DNA of 64,000 bases from Patescibacteria group bacterium (lineage in GTDB: Bacteria; Patescibacteriota; Minisyncoccia; UBA6257; JAAZHW01): positions 414,831 to 478,830 of the forward strand of contig JAOAGL010000001.1 of NCBI GenBank assembly GCA_026415775.1. The letters are read 5' to 3'. Below the pieces are notes generated by a model. The model made no database searches and had not been told where the DNA came from. It saw nothing but the letters and a program-made list of their open reading frames with translations. This document shows, one piece after another, positions 1 through 10,069 of the stretch; positions within the stretch are counted from its first letter, which is position 1; each line of letters starts with the position of its first letter. The translations under genes were made by a program, and so were the position numbers.

Positions 1-911
1 TGAATAGATAATAATTTTTCATAATTCTCTGGTTTTGTTTGATAAACCAAATACAAAATTTTTTTAAGATATCGGTTTTTCAAAAAATTTTCTTTCACGA
101 CTGGATGCCAGATAAATTCCTTATTTTCTAAATTCAAAAAAATACTTTGTTGTTTGCTCTCTTTAATTTTTAACATTTGGGAGTAATCTGAAAAATGCTT
201 ATCCAAAATTTGAATATCTCTTATTAATTCATAATAATTGCCTCGCACTAATTGAGTGCTTATTTCTCTCGTTTTTTCACTTTCTAAGGCAGTCAGGTTT
301 AATGTTGGTTGATTTAATAATTGGCTTGCAATGCCAGAATGAGGCTCTTTGACTAAATCAGAAATTTTTTTTGAATACCAATGATAACGACGAGCGCTTT
401 GATTTAAAGTGTTCATCCCCTGCTGAACAATTGTCCAACTGCCATTTTTAGAAAAAAATAAAGTATGGTGGTAAATTTGGAAACCATCTTGAATAAGAGC
501 GCTATCCACTTTAGCAGTCATTCGAGAATTATAAATCAATGAATTTACATAACCATCGGGCAAACTTAAAATTTCCCCCCATCTTTCAATTTCTTCTGGG
601 GTTTTACGAGAAGTTTTCCCCTTGCCACCACAAATAAAAATTCCTAATTCTCTTTCCCGACCTCTAATTGCTTCTTTAAGGGCGGCCGTTAAAACAGTAG
701 TTAAACCAGATGCGTTCCAATCAAAGGCCAACACTGTGCCCAATGATTGAAACCAAACAGGATCGGCAATACGCTTAATAAATTCATCTGGTCCAAACTC
801 TTCAATAATAACTTTTATAATTTCCCGACTAAGTTTTGTCATCCGTTCAAAAAGCCAACGAGGACATTTTCCATCATCTAAACCAAATGTAGCTATGCCA
901 CGGTAAATCAT
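1..911 (-). CDS. DUF763 family protein (partial, runs off window start)
   Basis: Not in ORF track; manual translation from ATG at 911: MIYRGIATFGLDDGKCPRWLFERMTKLSREII...DPVWFQSLGTVLAFDWNASGLTT, matching the DUF763 N-terminal pattern. Confidence 0.8.
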   Translation of the reverse strand, partial: MIYRGIATFGLDDGKCPRWLFERMTKLSREIIKVIIEEFGPDEFIKRIADPVWFQSLGTVLAFDWNASGLTTVLTAALKEAIRGRERELGIFICGGKGKTSRKTPEEIERWGEILSLPDGYVNSLIYNSRMTAKVDSALIQDGFQIYHHTLFFSKNGSWTIVQQGMNTLNQSARRYHWYSKKISDLVKEPHSGIASQLLNQPTLNLTALESEKTREISTQLVRGNYYELIRDIQILDKHFSDYSQMLKIKESKQQSIFLNLENKEFIWHPVVKENFLKNRYLKKILYLVYQTKPENYEKLLSI

Positions 912-982
912 ATTTAAATTGTATCATTTCTGCAATAAAAAATAAATTGATTTTTAAAGAAAAAGGTGTAAAATAACATTGA

Positions 983-1056
983 GGGCGGTTAGCTCAGTTG
1001 GTTAGAGCGTACGGTTCACATCCGTAAGGTCAGAGGTTCGAATCCTCTACCGCCCA
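983..1056 (+). tRNA. tRNA-Val (anticodon CAC)
   Basis: GGGCGGT acceptor stem pairing with ACCGCCC, D arm AGCTCAGTTGGTTAGAGC, anticodon arm TACGG-TTCACAT-CCGTA, T loop GGTTCGAATCC. Confidence 0.95.
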
Positions 1057-1060
1057 CCCA

Positions 1061-1100
1061 AACAAAAAAGCACCGCTTATTTAAGCGGTGCTTTTTTGTT
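1061..1100. terminator. Bidirectional intrinsic terminator between tRNA-Val and rplL
   Basis: Perfect inverted repeat AACAAAAAAGCACCGCTTA-TT-TAAGCGGTGCTTTTTTGTT between convergent genes. Confidence 0.85.
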
Positions 1101-1112
1101 TGAAGTAACTTT

Positions 1113-1508
1113 CTACTTAATTTCAACAATTGCACCGGCTTCTTCGAGTTGTTTTTTAATTTGTTCAGCCTCTTCTTTCTTTACTCCTTGTTTTACTGGT
1201 TTTGGAGCGCCATCAACTAAATCTTTTGCCTCTTTTAATCCTAAACCAGTGATATCTTTTACAACTTTTATCACTTGTACTTTGGCATCGCCGGCGTTTG
1301 TCAAAACAACATCAAAAGTAGTTTTTTCTTCGCCAGCAGCACCAGCAGCGCCAGATCCAGCATTACCGCCAGCAACTGCCATAATTTGCGGTGCGGCTGA
1401 AACACCAAATTTTTCTTCTAATGCTTTTACTAATTGAGACAATTCTAAAACATTTAATTTTTCAATTTCCTCAATAATATCTTGTAGTTTTTTATCCACT
1501 TCGCTCAT
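1113..1508 (-). CDS. rplL: 50S ribosomal protein L7/L12
   Basis: [35 protein letters not shown] motifs. Confidence 0.98.
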   Translation of the reverse strand: MSEVDKKLQDIIEEIEKLNVLELSQLVKALEEKFGVSAAPQIMAVAGGNAGSGAAGAAGEEKTTFDVVLTNAGDAKVQVIKVVKDITGLGLKEAKDLVDGAPKPVKQGVKKEEAEQIKKQLEEAGAIVEIK

Positions 1509-1511
1509 ATA

Positions 1512-2036
1512 TTATTTTTGTTTTTTAGCAATTGCGTCTAAGGCAATTGCTAATTTTTGAATATTACCATTAAGAACTCCGACCAAAGTTCTTGGTAAAG
1601 AATTTAAAGTATAGACTAATTGTGAAAGAAGGATTTCCTTCGAAGGTAATTTGGCTAATTCAACAATTCTTTCAGTGCTAAAAAAGTTTTTATTAATAAA
1701 TCCTCCTAAAATTTTTAATTTGGGTTCTTTCTTGCCACTACTAAATTTGTAAGTTATTTTTGAAGCTTCAAGTCCCTCTTCTGGACTAAAAATTAAACCA
1801 ACCGATCCCGGAAACGAAAAAACATTAAAATTAATATCCGAATGTGATAACATTTTTTGAACTAATGTCTTTTTAGTAATTTTTAATTCAATCCCCTGCT
1901 TCCTTAATTCATTTCTTAAATTTTCCAAATCCGCCACCTTAAGACCAGTAAAATCAACCATTAATACCGCTGGGTTTTTCTCGATTTTTTCTTTTAGCTC
2001 TTCAATGATTTTGGCTTTTTGTTGTTTTGTTAGCAT
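1512..2036 (-). CDS. rplJ: 50S ribosomal protein L10
   Basis: DFTGLKVADLENLRNEL, LAKLPSKEILLSQL; directly upstream of rplL. Confidence 0.95.
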   Translation of the reverse strand: MLTKQQKAKIIEELKEKIEKNPAVLMVDFTGLKVADLENLRNELRKQGIELKITKKTLVQKMLSHSDINFNVFSFPGSVGLIFSPEEGLEASKITYKFSSGKKEPKLKILGGFINKNFFSTERIVELAKLPSKEILLSQLVYTLNSLPRTLVGVLNGNIQKLAIALDAIAKKQK

Positions 2037-2067
2037 AATTAAAAATAAAAAACGACTTTTATCGAAA

Positions 2068-2150
2068 AGCCGCAGAAAATAAAATCTTTCTCCTTTTTGC
2101 CTCAGCAGGACTTACGCTTCTTTTTGCTCGCTGCCTACTTTCTGCGGCTA
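2068..2150 (-). promoter_or_regulatory. L10 leader RNA (autoregulatory)
   Basis: Upstream of rplJ; minus strand AGAAAGTAGG...CCTGCTGAGG resembles the L10 leader consensus; flanking AGCCGCAGAAA/TTTCTGCGGCT complementarity. Confidence 0.65.
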
Positions 2151-2225
2151 ATTCTAGTTTACTGATTTAAACTTTTATGTCAAGATTTGATAATGATAAA
2201 TTTTTTGTTTAAAATAACAAACAAT

Positions 2226-2693
2226 ATGCATTTGCAAAAATTAACAAAAGAACAAAAACAAAAAAGATTAGTTTATTTTGCTTTCAAACAATTAGGCAAG
2301 CCTTATAAGTATGCCGCCAAAAAATATGAAATCGGAAAGTTTTTTGATTGCTCTAGTTTAACTCAATACCTTTATAAACGCATTGGCATCAATATTCCTC
2401 GTTCTACCATCCTCCAAGCCGAAATCGGCAAAATTATTCCCCACAGAGAAAAACCTCCTTTTTTTAAACCCCAGGATTTACAAATTGGCGATCTTCTATT
2501 CTTTAAAGGCACAAAGGGTCATTACAATAAAAAATTTCCTAATGGTATTGGACATGTAACGATGTATCTGGGAAATAAAAAATTTATCCATGCGAGTGGG
2601 CATGGTTCAACAAAAAATCAAAAAGTAAAATTAGAAAAATTCGAAAAAATCGTTAATCGAAGGGATTTTCAAGTAGCCAAAAGAATTATTTAA
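2226..2693 (+). CDS. NlpC/P60 family cysteine peptidase
   Basis: LGKPYKY, FDCSSLTQY, IPRST, GDLLFF, GHVTMYLGNKKFIHAS; ATG at 2226 preferred over TTG 2187. Confidence 0.9.
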   Translation: MHLQKLTKEQKQKRLVYFAFKQLGKPYKYAAKKYEIGKFFDCSSLTQYLYKRIGINIPRSTILQAEIGKIIPHREKPPFFKPQDLQIGDLLFFKGTKGHYNKKFPNGIGHVTMYLGNKKFIHASGHGSTKNQKVKLEKFEKIVNRRDFQVAKRII

Positions 2694-2783
2694 AAAAACA
2701 GTGGCGCGCTCCACAACACCAGCGACAAAATAAACAAAATGATTAAAATAATTTGAATAATTTTTTTCCTCCTCATAATCATA

Positions 2784-3971
2784 TTATAGTTCTTCCTGAA
2801 GGCGCTTAATTAATTGATGATTTTTTAATTTTTCTAATGCTTTGGCTTCAATTTGACGAATACGTTCACGTGTCACATTAAATTCCTTTCCTACTTCCTC
2901 CAAGGTATGGACAACCCCATCTTCTAAACCGAAACGCATGGAAAGAATTTTTTGTTCGCGTGGTGTTAAATCAACTAAAATTTCCTTTAGTTGATCTTTG
3001 ATTAAACGATGTGTTGCGGATTGATCAGGAGATAAAGTTTTTTCATCTGCAATAAATTCCCCAAGCAGAGATTCTTCATCAGAATCACCAATTGGCGTTT
3101 CTAATGAAACGGTATCTTGAGCAATTTTTATAAGGTGATGAATTTTATCAACATCGACACCCATTTCTGCAGCAATCTCCTCTGGTAACGGATCACGTCC
3201 CAAATCTTGAGCCAAACGTCGACGAGCTTGGGAATATTTTGACAACGTTTCAATCATATGAACTGGGATTCTAATAATGCGCGTCTGATCAGCCAAAGCT
3301 CTTGTAATTGCCTGCCTAATCCACCACGTTGCATAAGTTGAAAATTTAAAACCTTTACGATAATCAAATTTTTCAACAGCTCTAGCCAAACCTATATTAC
3401 CCTCCTGAATTAAATCCAATAGGGTTAGATTGTGGCTTCGATTAATATATTTTTTAGCAATTGCCACAACTAAACGTAAGTTGCTTTGAATTAATTGTTT
3501 TTTTGCTTCTTTGTCGCCATCCATTGCTCTTTTTGCTAATTCTCTTTCTTGAGCAGGCGTTAATAACGGAACCTTTCCTATCTCCCTTAAATAATTCTGA
3601 ACAGCATCAGACATTTCAAACTCGAATGAATCATCTTTTAATGAACGCTTTAAATCATGAACTGTCACCTTCTCTTCCGGCAATTCAATCATATCTTTTG
3701 CTTCAATTACTTCAATGTTGGATTTTTCACAAGCATCATAAATTTCTTCCAGCAACGAAATGTCCTCTTCTATTTGAGGAAACACGGCTAAAATCTCTGT
3801 TTCAGTAATAAATCCGCGCGTTTTTCCTTTTTGAATAAGAGCCTTTAATTTTTCATCTTTTATAGAATCTCTTTTGAGAATTTTCTCTTTAGTTTTTCTC
3901 TCTTTCTTCTCTTTTTTGCTTTTCTTGATTTTTTTGTTGTTTTTCTTGGTTTTTTTATTTTTTGGAGACAT
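2784..3971 (-). CDS. rpoD: Primary sigma factor RpoD/SigA
   Basis: [48 protein letters not shown]; follows dnaG. Confidence 0.95.
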   Translation of the reverse strand: MSPKNKKTKKNNKKIKKSKKEKKERKTKEKILKRDSIKDEKLKALIQKGKTRGFITETEILAVFPQIEEDISLLEEIYDACEKSNIEVIEAKDMIELPEEKVTVHDLKRSLKDDSFEFEMSDAVQNYLREIGKVPLLTPAQERELAKRAMDGDKEAKKQLIQSNLRLVVAIAKKYINRSHNLTLLDLIQEGNIGLARAVEKFDYRKGFKFSTYATWWIRQAITRALADQTRIIRIPVHMIETLSKYSQARRRLAQDLGRDPLPEEIAAEMGVDVDKIHHLIKIAQDTVSLETPIGDSDEESLLGEFIADEKTLSPDQSATHRLIKDQLKEILVDLTPREQKILSMRFGLEDGVVHTLEEVGKEFNVTRERIRQIEAKALEKLKNHQLIKRLQEEL

Positions 3972-3973
3972 AT

Positions 3974-5710
3974 TTAAAAATTAACTTCTTTTAATAATTG
4001 ATTGAGCTCTTGCAAATAACGACTAATTTCTTCAATATTATTATTTAACTCGGCAGTTTTCAATTGTCTAGTCTTCTCTTCGATTAGTTGCTTATGGTGT
4101 TCTTTTTTTAATTCTAAAACTATTTTTTCAAATTCCAAATTCCAATCAATTTCCTCATCGGAAAATTCATAATCGGCTAATAATTGGAGGTATCCGATTT
4201 TTTCCCATGATTCATTCTCAACCTCTTTTTTATTATTTAAATAATCTATTATTAAACTTGCTAATTTCTGTTGTTCTTCATTTAAAAAATCGCTTATTTC
4301 TTTTAATCTTTCCTGGATAATTTGAACTTTTAAAGCAAGCGCTAAAACTCTTTCGCTTAATAATTCTTTGCGTGTTTTTAAAAAATCTGCACCAGTAAGC
4401 AATATTTTTTCTTCTCTTCTTTCAACTGTTTTCATATCTAAATTTTTTTTAATTTTTTCCAATAATTCCTGCAAAAATTCTTCTTTAATTTGAAAATCTT
4501 CGGCAATTCTCCTTAACCACTCCGCCCGCTCAACCGGATTATCAATATAAGCTAATTTTGACAACAAAAATTCAATTGCCTGCTTTTTTTCTAATAAATT
4601 ATTCGGGTTGTATTTTGAAAGGGCTTTTTGATAATAATATTCGCCAGCATCACTAGCTTTATGGATTACTTCTTCTAATTTTTCAGGATAGTTTGAGGCG
4701 TATTCGGCAATGTCTTTGGCTTCGGGCAAAGAAACAATTTTAACTTGAAAATCAAAAAATTTTGCTAAATCAATTGCTCTTTCTGCCGCCAATCTTCCTG
4801 CCTCATCCATATCATAACCAATAACCAAATTTTTCGTTATCCTTTTCAAAATCCTTAATTGGTCTTCGGTCAAGGCTGTTCCTGAAGTGGCAACAACATT
4901 TTTAATGCCACTCTGCCAAGCCATTAGAAAATCCATTTGACCCTCAACTAATAAAACCCAATTTTTTTCTCTGATATCTTTTTTGGTTTTAGAAAATCCG
5001 TATAAAATTTGGCTTTTATTAAAAATGGGACTTTCGGGAGAATTCAAATATTTTGGTTCATTAATCGATTCACCAAAGATTCTGCCGGTAAAAGCAACGA
5101 TGCGATCCTGATGATTAAAAATTGGAAAGATAATTCGATTGCGAAAACGATCAAAATAGCTATCATTTTGCTTTTGTGATTTTATAACTAAACCCGAATC
5201 AACAATATCTTCAATTTTAAATTTATTACTCAATAAGAACCTCAGAAGAGCGTCTCTCTGATTTGGAGCAAATCCCAATTGCCAATAAGAAATCGTTTCT
5301 TTTTTAAGCCCCCTTTTCAATAAATAATCCTGAACGGCTTTATTTTTTTTCAACTCTTCCTCAAAAAATTCTGTAGCTTTTTCATAAATATCGTATAATT
5401 TTGAAATCTGATTAGCAATCAAAGGGTCTTCTTTTTTTAATTCGATTCCCGCCTTCTTCGCTAAAATTTTTAAAGCATCTGCAAAATCAAGGTTTTCGTA
5501 CTGCATTACAAATTTAAAAATGTCACCCCCTCTATGGCAACCAAAACAATGCCAAATTTGTCTTTCCGGCGAAACCATAAAAGAAGGAGTTTTTTCTTTA
5601 TGAAATGGGCAAAGAGCTTTAAAATTAGAACCAGCTTTTGTTAATTTTATATATTCTCCTATCAATTCAACAATATCTAATTTTTCTTTAATTTGATCAA
5701 TAATTCCCAT
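3974..5710 (-). CDS. dnaG: DNA primase
   Basis: [15 protein letters not shown] zinc finger, [29 protein letters not shown] and YDMDEAG. Confidence 0.97.
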   Translation of the reverse strand: MGIIDQIKEKLDIVELIGEYIKLTKAGSNFKALCPFHKEKTPSFMVSPERQIWHCFGCHRGGDIFKFVMQYENLDFADALKILAKKAGIELKKEDPLIANQISKLYDIYEKATEFFEEELKKNKAVQDYLLKRGLKKETISYWQLGFAPNQRDALLRFLLSNKFKIEDIVDSGLVIKSQKQNDSYFDRFRNRIIFPIFNHQDRIVAFTGRIFGESINEPKYLNSPESPIFNKSQILYGFSKTKKDIREKNWVLLVEGQMDFLMAWQSGIKNVVATSGTALTEDQLRILKRITKNLVIGYDMDEAGRLAAERAIDLAKFFDFQVKIVSLPEAKDIAEYASNYPEKLEEVIHKASDAGEYYYQKALSKYNPNNLLEKKQAIEFLLSKLAYIDNPVERAEWLRRIAEDFQIKEEFLQELLEKIKKNLDMKTVERREEKILLTGADFLKTRKELLSERVLALALKVQIIQERLKEISDFLNEEQQKLASLIIDYLNNKKEVENESWEKIGYLQLLADYEFSDEEIDWNLEFEKIVLELKKEHHKQLIEEKTRQLKTAELNNNIEEISRYLQELNQLLKEVNF

Positions 5711-5760
5711 AAATTTAAGAAATTATTATAACGCTAATCGAATTTTTTTTCAAATAATTA

Positions 5761-5791
5761 ATAGTGCCGCCTTTAATAAAGGCGGCACTAT
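5761..5791. terminator. Hairpin terminator
   Basis: ATAGTGCCGCCTTTA-A-TAAAGGCGGCACTAT downstream of the 504-aa gene. Confidence 0.7.
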
Positions 5792-5820
5792 ACTATATTT
5801 ATATTATTTTAGCCTAAAAT

Positions 5821-7335
5821 TTAGAATTCGGTTGATAGTTTTTCTTTCAATTGTTTTAGTATTTGTTCATCATCTTCTTTTATCTCTTTTGATGCATCAG
5901 TAATTATAGAATTATCTTTGTTTGTTGAAATATCCTGATAATTAATAGTTGCTGGCGGTAAATTGATAATTGTTGGGTTGCTTTGATTATTTGCTGGTAT
6001 GTTTGTATTTGCCATTCCTTCAGTTTGTGCAGTTGTTCGGTACTTCTCTAATAATTTTTTACCAATATAAACCCAGAACAACCATAATAGTAAGAGTAGA
6101 TTAAATAACAATGATAGGAAGTACCAGGAAAAATTAAAATGTCTAATTTTATCCCATAAAGCGGCTAAAGCAAAAAATTTGGTTAAATCTTTCTGCGCAT
6201 CACCGCATATTGAATCATACCAGGAAATAAATGTCGGGGTTGGTTTAGCAACAGTTATTGCTCCTAGAACCTGTTTTACAGGAAGACCCATGATACCAAA
6301 ATATCCAAAATCACTAGTGAAAATAGAAAGATTGTTGTTATTAGTATAACGAATGGTATTTCTTAAATTCCAATTGGTTGGCAAATATTTTGCTTGGACA
6401 ATAGTTAAAGAGTTTTCGTTAATGCCAGAGATTTTACTATCAAAATAATTTATTTGTAAAACAGCTAAATTTTCTAATTCAACTGATTTACAATCTTCAT
6501 TTTCAACGGCAATATGAATTATTTTGTCACCAATAAATTGATAGCTACCAATTTTTAAATTAGGATTAATTATTTTTTGCCAATCGAAAATCGCTATATT
6601 TACTCGAATATCTTCATAATAAGAGCCGGAAATAACGGATAATCTTACATTAAAACCGTCGCTGGTTGAAACCATACACAATCCGCCAGTTTTACCATTA
6701 ATCCAGCAAGTTTTTTCAATAAGAGCGGTTGGAAAATGAGTAAATTGACAAGTTGAAGTGCCTAACACCGTTGGTGTAGGCGTTAACCATTCCCAATAAC
6801 CTGGGCCACCACCCGAAGAACCTGTTGAAGTTGGTGTAGGAGTGGGAGTGGGAGTTGAAGTTGGAGTAGGAGTTGGGGTTGGGGTTACGCCGCCTGAAAC
6901 AACTTCTAAATTAGCTTCACCATAAGCTACTTTTATCCAATCATCGCCACAGATAGTTAAATCTTTAATATATACTTCAACTTTAATATTTTTAGTCCCA
7001 GTGCGTGTAAATGTTGTTGTCCATTCGCCTCTTAATTTATTACTATTAATAGAACTCACATCTCCTGACCAACGCCATTCACAAGATGCAGTGGAAGAAT
7101 TACATTCAGGAATGGCATCAGTTTTAATAGTAACTGTTTGATTAACTAAGGCTGGATTGGGAGAGATATAGACATTGGTGATATGTAGTAAAGGATAAGG
7201 ATTAACACATGCCAAAAAATAGCGCGTTTTTAAAGCACTTTGCAAATTCTCCTTAGAAATCGTTAAAACAATCAGAATAAGCGTTAAACCAGCTATAATA
7301 AAAAGAATTTTTGAGATATTTGCAATGTTTTTCAT
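5821..7335 (-). CDS. Membrane-anchored surface protein with Pro/Thr linker
   Basis: N-terminal hydrophobic segment, beta-rich Ig/PKD-like region, TPTPTPTP linker, TM near C-terminus. Confidence 0.65.
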   Translation of the reverse strand: MKNIANISKILFIIAGLTLILIVLTISKENLQSALKTRYFLACVNPYPLLHITNVYISPNPALVNQTVTIKTDAIPECNSSTASCEWRWSGDVSSINSNKLRGEWTTTFTRTGTKNIKVEVYIKDLTICGDDWIKVAYGEANLEVVSGGVTPTPTPTPTSTPTPTPTPTSTGSSGGGPGYWEWLTPTPTVLGTSTCQFTHFPTALIEKTCWINGKTGGLCMVSTSDGFNVRLSVISGSYYEDIRVNIAIFDWQKIINPNLKIGSYQFIGDKIIHIAVENEDCKSVELENLAVLQINYFDSKISGINENSLTIVQAKYLPTNWNLRNTIRYTNNNNLSIFTSDFGYFGIMGLPVKQVLGAITVAKPTPTFISWYDSICGDAQKDLTKFFALAALWDKIRHFNFSWYFLSLLFNLLLLLWLFWVYIGKKLLEKYRTTAQTEGMANTNIPANNQSNPTIINLPPATINYQDISTNKDNSIITDASKEIKEDDEQILKQLKEKLSTEF

Positions 7336-7463
7336 AGTATTTATCTGGATTTAAATTGCCTCTAAATTATATCTATTTTAATTTTTTTGTCAAGAACGCC
7401 TTAAAAATTCCCCACCCAACAAAAAAAGAGGATGTAAACAAAATATATCCCTAATGGTTTTTA

Positions 7464-8462
7464 TTAATTTTCCTTTTTTATCGCCAAATCCAAAATTTTA
7501 AGAATTAATTGTTCATAATCTATTCCGGCAATTTTGGCCTCTCGCGCCAATCCCCCATCTTCTGAAATATCTGGGTTAGGATTAACTTCCAATACATATA
7601 TTTTATTCTCTTTTTCATCATAGCGGATATCTAATCGCGCATAACCACTACAACCAAAAATTTTATAGCATTTTTTGGCAATTTCTTCTAACTGATTTTT
7701 TAATTCATCGTTTATTTGAGCAGGACAAATAACTGGTGTCTTTTTAAAAGCGATACTTTGTTTAACCCATTTGGCTTTATAGCTAACTACTCGTGGGATA
7801 TTTGTTGGCAATTCACTAAAATCTATCTCGGCAATTGGCAAAACAGTCAATTTTTTATTACCAATAATTCCTACATTAAATTCCCGCCCGTCAATGAATT
7901 CTTCAACCAGCGCCTCTTGTTGGTAAACATCTAAAATATGTTCCACTTGTTCTTTTAACTCTTCTTCATTTTTAACTACTGAACGCTCTTTAATTCCAAC
8001 ACTTCCATCTTCTCTAATTGGTTTAACAATCAAAGGAAATTTTAGGTTGGGATTTAATTTGCGATTACTACTTGAAAACACTTGCCATTTGGGAGTTAAA
8101 ATACCATGGTAAGTTAAAATTTCTTTGGTTCTAGCTTTATTTTGACATAAAGCCAATGTGAAATAATTATTACCAGTATATGGAATTTTCAGAATATCAA
8201 AAATCGCCGCAACATGGGGTTCTAATCGCGGATCATCATAAAAACCGTCATCGGCCAAATTAAAAATTACATCTGGTTTTTCGCTTTTTAATTTTTCAAA
8301 TAAATCAACATCAACTTCTAATACTCTAACTTCGTGGCTATTCTGTAATAAAACTTTTTTGATGGCAAACGCGTCTGACAAATTGGCACGCCCATAAATA
8401 TCAACCTGATTTTCATTATCATTAAAATTTTTAACATTTCTTGCAACAATAACAATTTTCAT
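7464..8462 (-). CDS. ATP-grasp ligase, D-Ala-D-Ala ligase-like
   Basis: IPYTG, FPLIVKPIREDGSVGI, LVEEFIDGREFNVG, YARLDIR, LEVNPNPD; lacks the canonical Ddl N-terminal GGxSxE motif. Confidence 0.85.
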   Translation of the reverse strand: MKIVIVARNVKNFNDNENQVDIYGRANLSDAFAIKKVLLQNSHEVRVLEVDVDLFEKLKSEKPDVIFNLADDGFYDDPRLEPHVAAIFDILKIPYTGNNYFTLALCQNKARTKEILTYHGILTPKWQVFSSSNRKLNPNLKFPLIVKPIREDGSVGIKERSVVKNEEELKEQVEHILDVYQQEALVEEFIDGREFNVGIIGNKKLTVLPIAEIDFSELPTNIPRVVSYKAKWVKQSIAFKKTPVICPAQINDELKNQLEEIAKKCYKIFGCSGYARLDIRYDEKENKIYVLEVNPNPDISEDGGLAREAKIAGIDYEQLILKILDLAIKKEN

Positions 8463-8466
8463 AAGC

Positions 8467-9093
8467 TTATTTCAAACTTTTATAATACATTACTATTATA
8501 GCATGAATTTTTTGATACAATGTAAATTTTTTTGGCAATAAATTCATAAAAAAGTTCTGAATGTTAGCATAAGAATTTTTTTTGATTGGTAATTTAAACT
8601 CCTTCACCCATCTTTTTGTATAAGCATCAACAACAAAAATCGGCTTATGGAAAGCATATAATAAAATTGAATCCGCCGTCTCTGGTCCAACGCCTTTAAT
8701 TTTTAATAATGCCTTGCGTAAATCTTTTAATTTTTTCTTTTCTAAATTTTTAATACCGCCGTTTTTAATAAAAAATTTACAAATGTTTTTAAGGTATCTG
8801 GTTTTGGTTTTATAAAATCCTGCTGGTCTAATAAGTTTTTCTATTTGATTTGAGGGTGTAAAATAAATCGCTCTTAAATTGTCTTTATTGACCTCTTCCA
8901 AATTAGCCATTGCCTTTTCTACATTATTCCAATTTGTCTGCTGAGTTAAAATTGCCTCGATAATTACTTTTTCTCTTTCTTTTATAGATTTGTTCTTTTT
9001 GCACCAAAAAGCCCATTGGGAATTAACAATAGGATATTTTTTAGAAAATTTTTTATAAAAAACTAATATTTGTTTTTGCCAATCAATAAACAT
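8467..9093 (-). CDS. HhH-GPD (endonuclease III-like) protein
   Basis: AILTQQTNWNNVEKA, IRPAGFY, LLKIKGVGPETADSILLYA, FVVDAYT; no Fe-S cysteines. Confidence 0.9.
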   Translation of the reverse strand: MFIDWQKQILVFYKKFSKKYPIVNSQWAFWCKKNKSIKEREKVIIEAILTQQTNWNNVEKAMANLEEVNKDNLRAIYFTPSNQIEKLIRPAGFYKTKTRYLKNICKFFIKNGGIKNLEKKKLKDLRKALLKIKGVGPETADSILLYAFHKPIFVVDAYTKRWVKEFKLPIKKNSYANIQNFFMNLLPKKFTLYQKIHAIIVMYYKSLK

Positions 9094-9099
9094 GAGAAA

Positions 9100-9231
9100 T
9101 TACTTTCTCTTGTTTCGTAAGTTCGATTTGTGTACTTCGCTTTTTAAACGAGATGGTCTTAGTACAGGTAAATTCTTTTTGATAATTTTTTCCTTTGCAA
9201 CTTTTAAATAATTTTTGCTTTTTTTACTCAT
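9100..9231 (-). CDS. Putative small basic protein (43 aa)
   Basis: MSKKSKNY...RNKRK fills the gap between two same-strand genes almost exactly. Confidence 0.4.
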   Translation of the reverse strand: MSKKSKNYLKVAKEKIIKKNLPVLRPSRLKSEVHKSNLRNKRK

Positions 9232-9235
9232 ATAT

Positions 9236-10054
9236 TTATGGTTGTAAAATGTCTTCTGTTCGACCATTAATAGAAATAATAACATTCTTAATGCTTTCGA
9301 ATTGCTTTAACGTTTCCGATATTTGCGCTCTTATGGCCGCTACCCGACAAGAACCGCCAACTTGAAATTCTAATTGTTCGTTAAAATCAACAAAGGCCGT
9401 ACCATCTTTTATATTTATCGATTGAATTTTTATATCCTTATTTAAACTAGTAAAAAATCCTTGCTTCTTTTCTGTTTCGGTCGGCCCTTTTAATAATTCT
9501 TCTAACGCCGCTTTTGCTACCGCCTGGGTTTTTATAATTCTTCTTTCAACTGGAAAAACCTTATTACAAGAAAATTCAGGGTCTAAATTGCTATTATTAA
9601 AATAGATTCTAACTATCATTGTCTCCGGAATTTTAAAATTTAAAGGAATTAAATGATATACATCCTTTTCTGGTAAGCCCGAGGGGTTGTCATTTTTTAA
9701 AAGCAAATATCCCCTTTCCGTTTCAGGAATAAAATTTATCTCTACTTCTTTATAAAATGGAACGAATTCTTCTGTCATCCAATCTCCTTTGGCTTCGATA
9801 AAACCAGAAGTCAAAGTGGCAAAATTTGAAGATAAAATATAAAATGGCGCTGTCGCTTCAAAAAACCATTTACCTCTCGCCTCCCCCTCAATAATTAATT
9901 TATCTGCGATAAAATCATTGGCCTGAGGACGAAAGACATGAATTAAATCATCGGTTTTTGATTTTTCTTCATCATTTTTTTTCCAGCCTAAAAAATACAA
10001 CCCCACCAATAATATAATTGCTATTACTAAAATAAAAATTATTTTTTTATTCAT
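9236..10054 (-). CDS. Gmad2 Ig-like plus GerMN domain protein
   Basis: GEARGKWFFEA, WMTEEFVPF, LKNDNPSGL; AALEELLKGPT, AFVDF, GGSCRVAAIRAQISETLKQF. Confidence 0.85.
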   Translation of the reverse strand: MNKKIIFILVIAIILLVGLYFLGWKKNDEEKSKTDDLIHVFRPQANDFIADKLIIEGEARGKWFFEATAPFYILSSNFATLTSGFIEAKGDWMTEEFVPFYKEVEINFIPETERGYLLLKNDNPSGLPEKDVYHLIPLNFKIPETMIVRIYFNNSNLDPEFSCNKVFPVERRIIKTQAVAKAALEELLKGPTETEKKQGFFTSLNKDIKIQSINIKDGTAFVDFNEQLEFQVGGSCRVAAIRAQISETLKQFESIKNVIISINGRTEDILQP

Positions 10055-10069
10055 ATAATTACATTATAG

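Noticed and set aside
2053-2060. AAAAGTCG upstream of rplJ as another copy of the AAGGTCGA motif
   Set aside because: Weaker match that can be explained as part of the L10 leader hairpins
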